A stretch of 64,000 nucleotides of DNA, from contig NC_043007.1 of the NCBI RefSeq assembly GCF_006345805.1, forward strand, positions 68,634,001-68,698,000, given 5' to 3'. Positions 13,486 through 27,639 of the stretch are shown here, one piece after another. How positions within the stretch are numbered: position 1 is the stretch's first letter; every line of letters begins with the position of its first letter. The notes under the pieces are model-generated. The model saw nothing but the letters and a program-made list of their open reading frames with translations. It made no database searches and was not told where the DNA came from. Origin of the DNA: Octopus sinensis. Lineage: Eukaryota. A program made the translations under genes and the position numbers.

Positions 13486-14155
13486 CTAGGTTTGATCAAT
13501 AAGTATCCGGACTGTTGCCATAGTAAAAAACTAAAGCATGCACAGTGAAACTGCTTGACAAAAATTTTGACCATAATCTCTGCTGTGATTGTGCGGTAAG
13601 TTTTAACCCTCTATCTCACTTCTGCTGTTTACAGCAGTGCTTGGAACGAACGTCTGTAGCGCGTGATCGTCGCATTGAACATGACAGCGAAAGTTGCCAT
13701 GGCGATAATTGCTCAAGGTCCGAAAAAAATGTTGATATTGACGAACGTTCTAGGAGACCCGCAACCAGCAGAACTGAGAGTAACATCGCAGATGCGAGGG
13801 AAAATCATCGAATCCGTGAATTATCAGAATTCAGTTCAGTTCAGTCCATTATCACTGAAGATTTCGGTATGAGACACGTGTCTGCCTAGTTTGTCCCAAA
13901 ACTGCTTTCAGTTGACCGAAAAGACACTTGGATTTCATTTGCACAAGATCTCCTTGATTGTGTCGAGAACGATGGAAACTTTTCGAAAACTAGGCGCAGG
14001 AGTGGCTGTGTGGTAAGTAGCTTGTTTACCTACCACATGGTTCCGGGTTCAGTCCCACTGCGCGGCACCTTGGGCAAGTGTTTTCAACTATAGCCTCGGG
14101 CCGACCAAAGCCTTGTGAGTGGACTTGGTAGACGGAAACTGAAAAAAGCCCATCG

Positions 14156-14187
<32 letters not shown>

Positions 14188-14645
14188 TATATGCGTGTGT
14201 GTGTTTGTGTGTCTGTGTTTGGCCCCCTAGCATTGCTTGACAACCGATGCTGGTGTGTTTATGTCTCCGTTACTTAGCGGTTCGGCAAAAGAGATCCGAT
14301 AGAATAAGTACTGCGCTTAGAAAAGAATAAGTCCCGGGGTCGAGTTGCTCGATTAAAGGCGGTGCTCCAGCATGGCCACAGTCAAATGACTGAAACAAGT
14401 AAAAAGAAAAGCCTCTGAGCAAGTACCGTCAGGCTTTTGGCAAAATTTGATGTTGATTCTCTGCTCAACTTTCTTTGTCATGTTCAACGCGACGCTCACA
14501 TGCTACATACGTTCCTTCCAAGCACAGCTGTACACAGCGGAAGTAAGCTAGAGTGTTAAGAGTTAGTGCGCATGCACAGTAGTATTCAAGGTCAACCTTT
14601 GCTAAGCGGCTTTACTCTGTCCGAATATTTATTGATCACACGACG
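13486..14645 (+). mobile_element. Internally deleted mariner with long TIRs, interrupted by a SINE
   Basis: TA-flanked ends (TGATCAATAAGTATCCGGAC / GTCCGAATATTTATTGATCA). Peptide DERSRRPATSRT...SVQSIITEDFGMRHVSA*FVPKLL matches the mariner HTH and WVPxxL linker. Confidence 0.85.
13993..14410 (+). mobile_element. SINE family B, full-length
   Basis: A-box TGGCTGTGTGG, B-box GGTTCAGTCCC, CACCTTGGGCAAGT core, internal TA/CA tract, tail ending GACTGAAACAAGTAAAAAG. Further fragments near 165-233, 5355-5505, 19240-19445, 20685-20840, 53138-53217 and 59220-59380. Confidence 0.92.
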
Positions 14646-16261
14646 TATATGCCTATGGACGTTTTGTTACAAAAACACTATAGTGCAGAATTTAATAATC
14701 ACTTTATCATGGGACTCTGGATATATTTTCAGTTTGTTTTTCATGTTAGTGTATTTACAGTGAATCAGTCTTCTGGATACTTGTTATTCCTAAACTATGT
14801 CTATTATAAGCTATAAACATGATAGGATTAACTCAGATTAGGAAAATGATAATCAGTTATCGAATTCATACAGTGCTAATTCTTGTCTCGAGTCTCCACC
14901 TGTTCACCGTTATAAGGATAGTTTCATTCAGAGCTAGGTGGGATGTTAATGCAAGATTTTTTATAAGGATAGTAGCAGTGAGGATGGAAAATGTGACTTG
15001 AAAACTGTAATGTTCAATAAAGGTACGCTTATTTTATTTTATATTTATAGACTTACTTCTGAGAAATAAGATGCCTTCACATAAAGAATCATACGGGTGC
15101 AGATTTTATTTTGTTTTAGCATTCATAAAGTAGAAAGGGCCAAATATTTAATTGATATTTATTGGTGGGTTCCAGTATCTGTGGAGTAGAAATGCACCGT
15201 GTTGACAGACAACTGGCAACCTATCAGTGCTTGATATGTGAGAAACATGAAACCCCATCCACACGGTCACCTGCATAACTCCATGAATAATACTGTACAG
15301 CAGCTAAGCAAACTGCCGAAAGTAACACATTATATAAAAAGAAACTACTTAATTAGTATATACAGAAGGAAAGAATATTTGTTGCTTTAGCATGAAGCAA
15401 TGAGAAAATAATTTTGAAAAAAAGCAAGCAAAAGAAGAAGTCAAATCCTCAACTGCCACTATGCTTAACGAAGGTCTATACATATCCAGCATATCTAGCG
15501 TGTGGGCTTTTCCTATACTCAACGATTGTATGCAAGTATATGCACTAGCTTAGTAGAGAGCCAGCAGTTAACACGGACTTCCAACAGTAAACTGCTGAGG
15601 TAAATATTTATAGCAACCTACTAGACTTTTATTTTATACCAGGCAAATGCATTTGCATATGAAAACTAATACTTGCCTTAAATTAATTAAATTTTCTCTT
15701 GCTTTCTTATTAAGCCACTATATTTTATTCATGATAGTATATTTATTTATTATATATCATTATTTTTAGCATAGATGTTACAACTTTATTTTAAAGTTAA
15801 ATTTTAAGATTCGTCATCAGTTCCCAACTTACTTTCATAACTATTGTGATAACAACCAGATAGGAAATTCTTTCTACAAGCTTTGAAAGTTCTAATTACA
15901 TGGTACGTTTATTACGCACCACTTAAATTTCTTTCGACAACTATCTCTGGTTAAGTTTATAATTAGTTATAACTAAATAATACATTTTGCATTAAAACAC
16001 AACTAAGAAGATAATTTGAACAAAAATCTACATTAATGCAATTACGACATTTTTTGGGTGTAAGATCAGTTACAGTTTAACCCAAGTATTTCACTCGAGT
16101 GTACAATGAATCTGCTGACCACAATATTTTGGTGTTCAATACACTTTACGCCCATCAGCATATGTTGGTAAATATCATTGTAAAAGCAGTAAAATCTACT
16201 GTTATATCTAAGTGATCCAACATTAAATTTTATATTTAAACAGTATGTTTGAATACTAAGT

Positions 16262-16620
16262 TTAAACATTATATCTAAGGACTATCTAAACGCTATATCT
16301 TAACACTATACCTAACATATCATGTCTAAATATTATGTCTAAAACACCATGTATGAAACACTACGTTTAAAACATTGTTAAAACTACTGTCTAAAATACT
16401 ATGTCTAAACATTATATCTAAACACTATGTCTAAACACTATATCCCAACACTGTTTAAACACCCTCTTTAAAGCACAATGTTTACGCACTATGTATAAAA
16501 CTCTGTCTAAAACACTGTATCCAAAGAATTATAATTAAAGCATTATGTATAAACACTATGTCTAATACAATATGTCTGAAACACTGTCTAAATACTAAGC
16601 TAAACACTATATCTAAAGCA
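16262..16620. repeat. Degenerate minisatellite of about 13-15 bp (AAACACTATGTCT)
   Basis: Repeated variants such as aaacactatgtcta and aaacattatatcta. Confidence 0.85.
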
Positions 16621-18031
16621 CTAATTAAATACTTGATAACCATTCATTGATTGCCCAGTGGTGTCTCTAAGAATATCTTTTCCTCAGGTACAGCTAGACA
16701 ATCTTTGAGTCTGAAATTACCACCTCCAGAACAACCCAGCAGTAACTCATTATCACAAATTTCTGCTTTTTCAGTCTGAAGTTAGTATTCTTACAGAAAC
16801 CCAACAAAAACCCCAGCTCAGCAAAACCCTTTCTCTCTCCTATGACACTATTAAATATCCTGTCAAATGATTTTCATTCTCTTTAAAATATGATTTTTAA
16901 ACATAGAAACACTTAAATTTGGTGGTTGGGATATAGTCGATTTAATTGACTTAGGTCCTCGACTGGTACTTATCAATCTCAGGATGAAAGACTAAGTTGA
17001 ATCTTGTGGGATTTCAATGTTAATTTTCTTATTCTAATATTTCACTTGCTGGATCTTGAGGAATGGGCAGAGCTCATGAAGCACGCAGGCCCTCCAATAC
17101 TAGTGAGATGGATACCGTTAATATTACATTTAAACTCGCAAATCAATATTTGCAGGTTAGATATCAACAGGAAGGAAATTTCAGTGGGAATTTCTGTTCT
17201 GGGAAAGGAGGACGGAGTATAGGGATTATCATGGTTAGTAAAGAAAATAATTCAATTACTGCTGATGTAGCCATACTAATCTCGCATTAAAATATTTTTG
17301 CAGTTAAAAAATCCAAGACGCATTATGAATGTAGACCCACATATGAAAATTGACGGGGAAAAGCATGGCTAGAAATTATTTGATTTAGAGTTTAATAAAT
17401 TAGGAATAATCTAGGGTTAAACCACAACAGCAGCAATAACAATGTACCTGTAAAATACATCACTGTTTCCCTAACAATGAAAGCAGGGAATAGTGTGGAA
17501 GGGATTGTCATTAGAAGAAATGTATACACGTATACACACACGCACACACACATACACACACACACGCAACCCTAATATATATATATATATATCGATTGTA
17601 TTCGGTTGTTAGCCATAGAGTTTACTCTGTTAAGCTTGTCGATGGCTACATTCAATTTTAGAGCGATTGTTTTTCTGATCGTATTTCTGAAAATACGTAA
17701 ATTGAGTAGAATGATATGTAATTATTCACAAGGAGAATGGAGTGAACGGTCGTTCTATTACATATCGATGAAATGATTGTAAATTTATGTAATAGAACGA
17801 CTTGCTCTCTTCATTCCCCTTGTGAACAATTATGTACACACATACATGCAGATACATACATAAATATGTAAACATACATACATACATACATACATACATA
17901 CATACATACATACATACATACATACATACATACAACATAATACATACATACATACATACATACATACATACATACATACATACATACATACAACATACAT
18001 ACATACATACATACATACATACATACATACA

Positions 18032-18065
<34 letters not shown>

Positions 18066-18269
18066 CATACATATATACATGTATGTGTGTTTGTGTGTGT
18101 GTATGTGTGTGTACATATGTGTACATTACATATTCATATTTTATTGCTCATTTCAAAATTATACTTAATTTTCTTTTATATATGCATATAGAATTATGTA
18201 TAATTTTTTTCTTAGTTACAACAATTATGATCACAGGATTAGGAAATTCATTTGTTTCTTTATTATTGA

Positions 18270-18475
18270 TTTCAAATTTTGGCACAAGGCCAGCAAATTC
18301 GGGGAAGACGTTATGTCAATTACATCGACCCCAGCATTCAACTGGTACTTACTTTATCGACCCCGAAAGGATGAAAGACAAAGCTGACCACTGTGGCATT
18401 GGAACTCAGAACATAAAGTTCGGAAGAAGTGCTGCTAAACAATTTTGCCGGTGCAGTAACTTTTCTGTAAGCACA
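18270..18475 (-). mobile_element. SINE family C, degenerate
   Basis: TTTATCGACCCCGAAAGGATGAAAG is the reverse complement of the family central domain. Confidence 0.8.
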
Positions 18476-20108
18476 CCACTCGTTCTTTTAGTATTAAGAC
18501 CTATAAATATAACTTACTAGCGAAGATTATGTTTTCTTTCTCCTTCCCTAAATCTATCAATTTCAGCCACAATGCGAAGAGGTGTAGGAACTTGATAAAC
18601 TGTTTTCTGACATTTATCAAAAACATTTTAGCCACAAAGGTCACTCAACTGACTTAGGCATTTTTCATTAAATTCAGCAGGTATTTCACCCATTTTAGAG
18701 CCATCAATTTCATTAGCGGTATTATTTATATTCGAGAGAAAGGAATACAAATATATCTTCCTATATTTGTGTGATCTGTATTTATCACCGCACTTCTACT
18801 TCTATCTTTACTACTTTTAGCAGGTGATTTTACAATATATTTAACAGATAGTAACTTTTAAAATAGACTAAATAGGACAGTTGGAGACACGTGGGATGGA
18901 AGAGGTGAAGAGGTCACAGTTGTGTGACGAAAGATTTCCAGACAATAGAAATAATCATTTTATTTTCTTGTGTTTGTTTTCGACATTGTCCTGTACCGTT
19001 ACTTAGCTATTCCCAGTAGCTTTTTGCTACTGACGTCACTAAAAGTGAACAGTATCAACGATAAAAGGTGCGGTATTGTAAGGATCTTTTGGAAGTTGAC
19101 TGATGAGGAATTAGCTACGAATTTACCATTTATTGTTTTGTCAAAGTTTCCGTTTGATGCTTTTGTTAAATCTTTGAAATATTATATAACACTACTCGCT
19201 CATTATATATATATTATGTGTATGTGCGTGCGTGTGTGTGTTTGTTTGTGCTCCCACCATCGCTTGACAATCAGTGACGGTGTGTTTACCTCCCTGTAAA
19301 TAGTAGATTGACAAAAGAAACCGATAGAATAAGTACTTTGTTTAAAAACAATAATTTCTGAGGTCGATTTCTTCGACTAAAACTCTTTGAGGCGGTGCTC
19401 CAGCTTGGCTTCAGTCAAGTGACTGAAACGAGTAAAAAAATAAACGAATGAAAGAATATCTCGTTGTACTGCTTTCCTCTTACTGCAACCCACAAGTTTT
19501 GTTCGGTGGTTTCTTTCATTTTACTTGACCTTGCCAATGTTGTTACAACGGTCATGCGCACTGCTTTTACTTCACCAATTAAAATTTTTAAAAAATAATA
19601 ATAAAAAAACAAAAGCAAGAAAAGCCAATTAGGCTACGATCGATATGGTTCGGCTTTCTATTCTCTGGGATCAAATGAAATATATGATATATTTTGAACA
19701 CATATTCTTGAAATTTGGTGCGCTGCATTACATTTCTAGGTTAGTCCTCGTTCTGCATCGTCAGATCAACTTGCATCTAACTCTCAAAATATAATCCTCA
19801 CTTTAACACTTGTATGTAAATTTCTTTTTAATCTTTTTAATTTTCTAATCCTATTTCAAATCTAACATCAGATTCAATTCATCAATTTTCTTCTTCTTTT
19901 GACTTATTTTATTCTTTATAAATTAAATGACTTTCTGCAAGTCTTTAAAGAATCAACTAATCTTTACACAGCTTTCCGTGTATCAAACTGAACATTCTGT
20001 TTCATGTTATCATATTTGTGCAATCCGAACGGATGAAAGGCAACGTCGACCTCGGCAGTATTTGAACTCAGAACGTAGCGACACGCGAAATACCGCTATT
20101 ATATATAT

Positions 20109-20532
20109 TAAGGGCATTACTACACGCAAATGCCTCACGCTATGAGGGACACTTAAAGTCAGAACTACTATAATAAACATACAAGAATATATTCAGTGCT
20201 GAAATATTCTGAATATACACGTGTACGGAGATGCAAGTTGAAAAGCCCGCCTCTTACATAGATACATAAGGGTCAACATTTCTATGTGCTATCTTGGATA
20301 CATATTGTGTTCGTCGTTTGTTGAATTTTATTCATTTTTTGTCTTGATTATGCCTGCACTGACGATTAGAAGGTGGATTGTGTACACTAACTATGAAATC
20401 TTATGATTTGCGGCTGAATCTGTTTTTAAAGGGTGGCTTCCAAAGTTGAATTTCCTCGCGTTCGGTACACTGTATATGGCAGTTTTGACTTTAAGAGTCC
20501 CTCATAGCGTGAGGCATTTACGTGTAGTAATG

Positions 20533-20537
<5 letters not shown>
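20109..20537 (+). mobile_element. Fold-back element with about 55-bp inverted ends and an internal hammerhead (20354-20413)
   Basis: 20113-20167 is the reverse complement of 20481-20534. CTGCA-CTGACGA-TTAG...CTAT-GAA-ATC-TTAT-GAT-T-TGCGG. Flanked by TA repeats. Confidence 0.7.
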
Positions 20538-20615
<78 letters not shown>

Positions 20616-20845
20616 GTATATGTATATATGCAAGTATGTATGTATGTATGTATGTATGTATGTATGTATGTATGTATGTATGTATACGACAGACGTCTTT
20701 CAGTTTCCACCTATCAAATCCACTCACAAGGCTTTGGTCGGTCTGAGGTCATAGTAGACGGTACTTGCTGAAGATGCCACGCAGTGGCATCGTGTGGTTG
20801 AGAAGCAAGCTTGTTGCCTTACAGTAACTCCTGCGCGTACACACA

Positions 20846-20876
<31 letters not shown>

Positions 20877-20923
20877 CACAACACACACACACACACAGGC
20901 ACACACACACATATATATATGTA

Positions 20924-22209
20924 CAGGGTGCGATAGGTAAATTTCCCCATTTTATTTTTTTAATTTCGCACATGCACATTGCTTACTTCTGATTTTGTTG
21001 AATAGGGTATAGTAGGGTCAGTTGGGCACCGTCTGTGAGAAAAGCAGCACCATGGCGCAAATCTCTCTGCCAAAAATCTGGAAACGACATACTGTACTGC
21101 TTGGCATTCGAACCGGAAGCTCCAATACAAACATTTCAGAGTGTTTGGATGTCAATCTGAGGATAGTGCGGAGGATTCGGAAAGAGTTGCCTGACTCTCA
21201 TGGGGATAATGAAGGTACAGCAGCTCGGAAAACTCATTTTGATTATTCTGATAGCAAAAGAATTCCTGAATTTGTTGGCGAGCTCGAGGCCATAATGGAC
21301 AACGATCCCTCCAAGTCAATCATGTCCATCACCAGGAACATGGGAATGTCTAAGTTTCTTATCAGACAGGCAGTGCATACAGATATTCGGTTTTCCTCAT
21401 ACAAGATGAGAAAAGGCCAATTTTTATCCCAAGCCATTAAGAACAAGAAGAAAGATCGCGCTCGGAGGCTTTTGAACAAACTCAAGCATCCCCTCCATCC
21501 GAACATGCATTGTTTTTTTCTCAGACGAGAAAAAATTCTCCCAGAATCAGAACACACAGAACAACTGTTAGCTTGCCATGTCCCTAAAACATGTACCAAG
21601 GGTGATAAAAATCAAATCATCTTGTTTGGAGTGATATCTAGTGATGGCGATATTATGCTTCCATTTATCTTCCCACGCAGCCTCATACTCAACACCGAGG
21701 CCTACACCAAGTGCCTGGAGGAGATGGTACTGCCCTGGATCAAGAGGGTGGCTGTTGGAAGACTCTATGTCTGGCAACAGGACTCTGCACCATACCACAC
21801 AATCAGGAAAACCCAGTCATTGCTGTCAGACAATTTCTGCGACCACATCACCTTTAACATCTGACCACCTAACTCCCCAGACTGCAATCCTCTTGGTTAT
21901 TATGTGTGGGCGCTGTTGAGCGAGAGATCAACAAAACTCCTTGTAACACAAAAGATGAACTGATGGCAAAGATTACGGCAGAATTCAGCAACTTAAACAA
22001 GGAGATCTTCCGGAAGAGTTGCAGGAGATTCCGCAGTCGTCTGGAGGCTGTGGCTGACGCCAATGGCGTTTTTATTGAATAAATTTACCCTTTAGTATTT
22101 CAAGATATTTTTATGTAATTTTGGTAAATAAATATATCTATAAAAATGAAATGTCAGTGTTATTTTCATTCCTGCGTAATTTAGACGATGATTTATTCAC
22201 CGTACCCTA
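20924..22209 (+). mobile_element. Near full-length DD37D (maT-type) Tc1/mariner transposon
   Basis: TA-CAGGGTGCGATAGGTAAAT at the left end and ATTTATTCACCGTACCCTA at the right end form imperfect TIRs. Confidence 0.92.
21052..22082 (+). pseudogene. Transposase pseudogene (DD37D)
   Basis: YVWQQDSAPYHT...I*PPNSPDCNPLGYYVW: 37 residues between the second D and the third catalytic position (D mutated to G). In-frame stop at 21862 and frameshifts. Confidence 0.92.
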
Positions 22210-22214
22210 ATATA

Positions 22215-22250
<36 letters not shown>

Positions 22251-22751
22251 TGTATGTATGTATGTATGTATGTATGTATGTATACATGGATACATGTATA
22301 TGCACAAACGCACACAATACACATGTGTATATGGAGAGAGTAAGACAGAGTCAGAGATTGAGTGAGTGAGTAACTGAGTGATTTAGTGAATGAGTGAGTG
22401 ACACATTTAGAAATCATTGCTTCATAAATCTTAAAGTCGCATTTTGAGGAAAACTGCAAACTTACCCATTATAGAAACTATACCACCTACCATTTTTCCA
22501 TAATCGATGGCTATGAAATAATGCAAAAATTATTGATCGAAATCTAGAACAACAAGCATTAGCCGTGCTAAAAATAAAAACAACATCTAGATTGCCATCA
22601 TGCTAAATAAACTGTTGTTATGATGCTAGACAATTACAAAAGTAACGAAATAACAGAGTGTAATTATAATACCAGATTGCTGTGGTTGTTACTTCCTGGA
22701 TTGCATGAAATCCTGAAATCCTGAAATTCTGAAATCATAGGTTTATGCGAT

Positions 22752-22950
22752 ATGGCCAGTTCTATTAACAGCAAACTCCACATCATGCAATACATCATTG
22801 AAAGTGTGGATCATAAAAATAGTTTCTGTCAGACCCTCTCCGATTTGTATCAATCGAAAGCTTTCGATTATGTTGACCATCAGGACTTGTCGCCTATCTT
22901 CGAAGAACCGGCTTTAGTTCCGTCTTCAGGGCCCGGATCGCTTCGATGAA
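22752..22950 (+). pseudogene. L1/Tx1-like reverse transcriptase fragment
   Basis: KLHIMQYII...LYQSKAFDYVDHQDL resembles the LDQxKAFDRVDHxYL RT motif. Confidence 0.7.
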
Positions 22951-23340
22951 CAGCGGCATCTACTAAGTGAGTAAACAAATATTGACATTTCGAATCCACT
23001 TCCCGTCATTTGCTCGGCTGGTCACAAATTTCCTCTTTAAGCCTTTCTGCTTGTGTTGGACTCTGTAGTCACTTCTGAGGTGTTTCAAGATTTTGAGTGG
23101 CATTCCCTTTGACCTGTAACGTAGAAGTTCATTATCAACATGCGTGGATAATTTCACCGAAGGAATGTCGTACAATGTTTTAAACGATTACGATGTGATG
23201 ATACGAGTAAAGATTAACACGGGCAAGTCAGTGGGAAGCAATTACAAGCAAAATAATTGGACTCACTTTGACGTAGATTGAGAGGAGCTTAGTGTTGAGA
23301 GGACAGGCAGAAATGATGATGCGATATATACATGTATATA

Positions 23341-23508
<168 letters not shown>

Positions 23509-23536
23509 CTTCCTGGATTGCGTGAAATCCTGAAAT

Positions 23537-23715
23537 GATAGATCGTTAGCCACTACACACATTTTTTTCTCTCCTTGTTTTTTTCTGTGTCCCTTTCTGT
23601 AGAAAGGCGTAGGCTCGAAACGTAAAAGACTTTTTCTATTCCTGAGCGTTATACTAATACATCTGTTTGTTTTGTACACCACCTGTCTTCGTCTTTTGCT
23701 TTTTTCCTAAACTCT

Positions 23716-23718
<3 letters not shown>
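23537..23718 (+). mobile_element. Short pLTR-like repeat with a minimal hammerhead-like motif (23593-23628)
   Basis: CTTT-CTGTAGA-AAGGC-GTAG-GCTC-GAAACGTA-AAAG. Ends in (TA)n. Second family member at 42178-42365(-). Confidence 0.65.
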
Positions 23719-23758
<40 letters not shown>

Positions 23759-24106
23759 ATGTTTTATTTTCGTCTAAGCTAGGTTAGACCATCGGCCCTT
23801 TTATTCTTGAAAGCTCTAATAGACTAAGAAGGTAGAGAAATTTGGAGGACGATAGATATACCAGAACAGGCAGTATTAAGAGTAGATCCTGGTGGTTGTT
23901 GTGACGACAGCACTACAAACTGAACCTTGGAACATAGCGAAGGAGATCACTGCGTGAGAAGTCCGAAAAGCGAACGAAACAGAGAGCCCCACCCTCACTA
24001 CCAGTAAGTAAAACCTCATCTTATCGTAATGAGAGAAGATAAGGGAGCTCGCAAAAGAAAAACAAAGATAAACAACGGTAGATAGAGGGAATCGACTATA
24101 TGTTGA

Positions 24107-24336
24107 GGCGGCGAGCTGGCAGAAACGTTAGCGTGCCGGGCGAAATGCTTAGCAGTATTTCGTGTGTTGTTACGTTCTGAGTTCAAATTCCGCCGAGGTC
24201 GACTTTGCCTTTCATCCTTTCGGGGTCGATAAATAAAGTACCAGTTTTGCACTGGGGTCGATATAATCGACTTAATCCCTTTGTCTGTCCTTGTTCGTCC
24301 CCTCTATGCTTAGCTCCTTGTGGGCAATAAAGAAAT
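24107..24336 (+). mobile_element. SINE family C with TSD
   Basis: Full copy; TATATGTTGA(G) duplicated on both sides. Confidence 0.92.
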
Positions 24337-24339
24337 ATA

Positions 24340-24680
24340 TATGTTGAGAGAATCTACTACACCGGAAGGGAGTACCCCGCTACAAAGTTACTCAGCTACG
24401 TTGTGGTTTTAGGTGAGAACCATAAACTGAGTGGAAAGCAATAAAAAAGTACTTTGATAATTGAAGGGGTGTAGCGACACCACTATTGGAAGCAATTATT
24501 TGGAGAAAGACCACGCTAAAAATCGAGAAATATTTTATGGGATATTTAGCACAAAATTGTTTACCGTTAGAGTCTCAGTCGACACAGTAAATGCTCATGG
24601 GTGCATTTCGCGGTACCCGTTTCCGAAACAGCTTGTATCAGGTACAGAAAGTCATGGGGATTTTCTGATCCGACCTTGTT
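24340..24680 (+). pseudogene. Possible Gypsy LTR retrotransposon remnant (protease end joined to integrase piece)
   Basis: Frameshifted PLL/GSNYLEK resembles LLGRNWL; ISRYPFPKQLVSG resembles FARYGLPEQLVSDNG. Confidence 0.4.
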
Positions 24681-25130
24681 AATATCCTCTCTGACCCATG
24701 TCACAGAAAGCTACCCAATCGGTTACTTATGTTCTTTAAATTATATATTTTCCCAAAGATTTAATGTTATTACATAACCATTTATTGTAATTTGCATATA
24801 CATGTATAGTTAATTCTTACCAAATTCGTTTATACACACGTACATACCCACGTAGACACTCACACACACTTGTAAGCGCATGAATGCTCATACGTCACAT
24901 GTGTATTCCAGTTCAAGCACACTGACTCACACACATACATTCGCACATTTACTACAACGACTTAAATCCTTCACTCAATTTTATGACACTGAGTTATTTC
25001 ACCTGGTCTCTCACCAAACGTTTTGTAACGCCTACTCATAACGTTTTCCTTTTATATTTATTAATATTTATATATAAGTATACATATATATATGTGGTGG
25101 GTGCGTGTATATATATATATATATATATAT

Positions 25131-25284
25131 AATACAGTGTACACTTAAACAAATCAAGAGGTTTCCATCATATGAATCCTGTACGTTAGAAAGAACAGGT
25201 AAAGTCCAAACTTTAGCTGTTCTTTCTAGCGCAAAGGATTCCTATCATGGAAACCTCTTAATGTGTTTAAATGTACACTGTATT
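25131..25284. repeat. Imperfect palindrome (about 75-bp arms) adjoining (TA)n, with one-sided tail
   Basis: AATACAGTGTACAC..AAGAGGTTTCCAT..AGAAAGAACAG pairs with CTGTTCTTTCT..ATGGAAACCTCTT..TGTACACTGTATT. Confidence 0.85.
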
Positions 25285-25924
25285 TTATATGAATGATATA
25301 TATCTATTGACTAATTTTTCTGTACGCTAGGCCACTGGTAGTAAAAATTTCTAAAATCTTTATTACCCTGATATCAAATATATATATTTCTTTCCTGAGC
25401 GTCAACAATACTTTAATTGTTCCACGTCCTGCGTTGCTGTGGGTTTTTTTCTCTTTTTTTCTGTGTTTTCTTGTTTGGATTAACTATATATATATATATA
25501 TTTATATATGTATGTAAGTATGTATGTATGGTATGTATGTATGTATGTATGTATGTATGTATGTATGTATGTATGTACGTATGTATATGTATATGTATTT
25601 TCAGTGATGTCATTATTTTGGGTTTTTCGATGGTTTATTTTGATTCTTTGTTCGTATTCAGTGCTTAACCAAAGTTGGAAGCTTTGAAACGGAAATGTCG
25701 AACAATGGAAATGGAAATGAGTGCTCAACACCGCGTTGGTGGATATAATTTCTTTATTTGTGAATTAAGACTACCAGTTTTTTGACGTTAAGAAAAGTAG
25801 GAAAATATCTTTGTGCCTTAACAATTTTTCAAGCCCATGACATGGAGAAAGATGTTCACTTTTACTTTGGAAAATAGTTTTCCTCCCCGCAAATATCAGG
25901 CTTTGTGCCTATTATTATAATAAT

Positions 25925-26037
<113 letters not shown>

Positions 26038-26046
26038 CATTATTAA

Positions 26047-26270
26047 AGTGGCGAGCTGGCAGATTCAGTAGCACTCCGGGAAAAGTGCTTAGCGGTACCT
26101 TGTTCCTCCTTACGATCTTTGTTCAAATTACGCCGAGGTCGACTTTGCCTTTCATCCCTTCGGGGTCGATGAAATAAGTCCCAGTCAAGCAGTGGGTTTG
26201 ATGTAATAGGCTATCCCCTTAGCCCCAAAATTTCAGGCCCTGTGCCTACTTTTATAATAGAAAGGATTAT
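26047..26270 (+). mobile_element. SINE family C variant within trinucleotide repeats
   Basis: GTGGCGAGCTGGCAG head and central domain. Related copies at 33655-33990, 38080-38290 and 31450-31610. Confidence 0.8.
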
Positions 26271-26808
26271 TATTGTTGTTGTCGATATTATTATTGTCGT
26301 GTTGTTGCTGCTGTTGTTATTGTTGTTATTATCAAGTTGTTCTTGTTGTTGTAGTTCCTATCGATGTTATTAGTAATTTGGTTTAACGAGCAAAGCATTA
26401 CATTATGCAAACTTCTTTTAAATACCGTTTCCTATTGTTTACTAACCTTTTCCGTTCATGAAAAATATATACTTGTTTATCAGAGAAATTTCTAAAGAAA
26501 ACTATCGCCATACACAAAGCCAGACAGTATTAAGAGAGACGTTAAGAAAAACAGTAAAGAATCCATAACGACAACAAAACCTCTTATATTATAAAATATC
26601 TAGAGATAATTATAGTTACCTACGTATTTATAGTAATATTTGTTTTTAGCTTAGACAAAAGCTATCTAGATTTATCCTTCGATGTTCCAAACAAATCGAT
26701 TTCAAGCCCACAATTATGTACTTACGTACGAATGTATGTATATACATATATCAATTTATTTATCTCTGTCTCTGTCTCTCTCTTTGTATGTCTTCCTTTC
26801 TCTCTCTA

Positions 26809-26861
<53 letters not shown>

Positions 26862-27005
26862 TATATATATATATACATTTATATATATCTCTATGCGTAC
26901 ATACATTCATATATGCCTATATACATATATACGTATATACATATATATATATATGTATATATATGTATGTATGTACGTATGTGTGTATGTATGTATGTAT
27001 ATATA

Positions 27006-27049
<44 letters not shown>

Positions 27050-27639
27050 CATCGTACATACTCATACATATGTACATATATAAACATATTTATGTATGTA
27101 TATTTTTTCCCTTAAATTATTGATATCAGTAAGATCTTGAGAGTAATGTTTATGGCTAAATTTAGACGACCATATAACATCGAGCATAAAAATACTGATG
27201 CTATTTATATAACTATCGATTCTATTTGTTTTATTTAGTTTTAGACGCATTCTTTCACATATGTATGTTTATAGATTTATGTCGTTGATCTGAGCATCCT
27301 CCTCCGTGTATGTGTGGGGGGTGTTACCTTTTTATTAAATTATGTTCAATGATGACTACTTAGATATCAGTGACCCTCAGGGGAATTAGTTTGTTTTTTG
27401 TTTTTATTTGAATCAAGAGGGAAAGGAGTTTCCATGACCTGACAGTGCCCAAGACTGGTGGAGCAGTGAGTTCGTAAAGTATCCTGACACTGGAAACACA
27501 GCCCAAATGCTTGCAACAGAAAGGGTTCCTGTAAGGACACCCTAAGTTGTTTGGTAATGGTGTTATGCCTGACTATTACTTAATTGAAGGATATGCAGAA
27601 GCGTATTATGACATTTCAATATGTCTTTTATCATATATC

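Noticed and set aside
16262-16620. CRISPR-like array
   Set aside because: Degenerate contiguous minisatellite without unique spacers, in eukaryotic context. The same applies to 40029-40115, 49085-49230 and 54100-54560.
21022-21864. Functional or domesticated 280-aa transposase gene
   Set aside because: The first catalytic D region is scrambled by frameshifts, there is a premature stop, the third D is mutated, and TIRs are still present.
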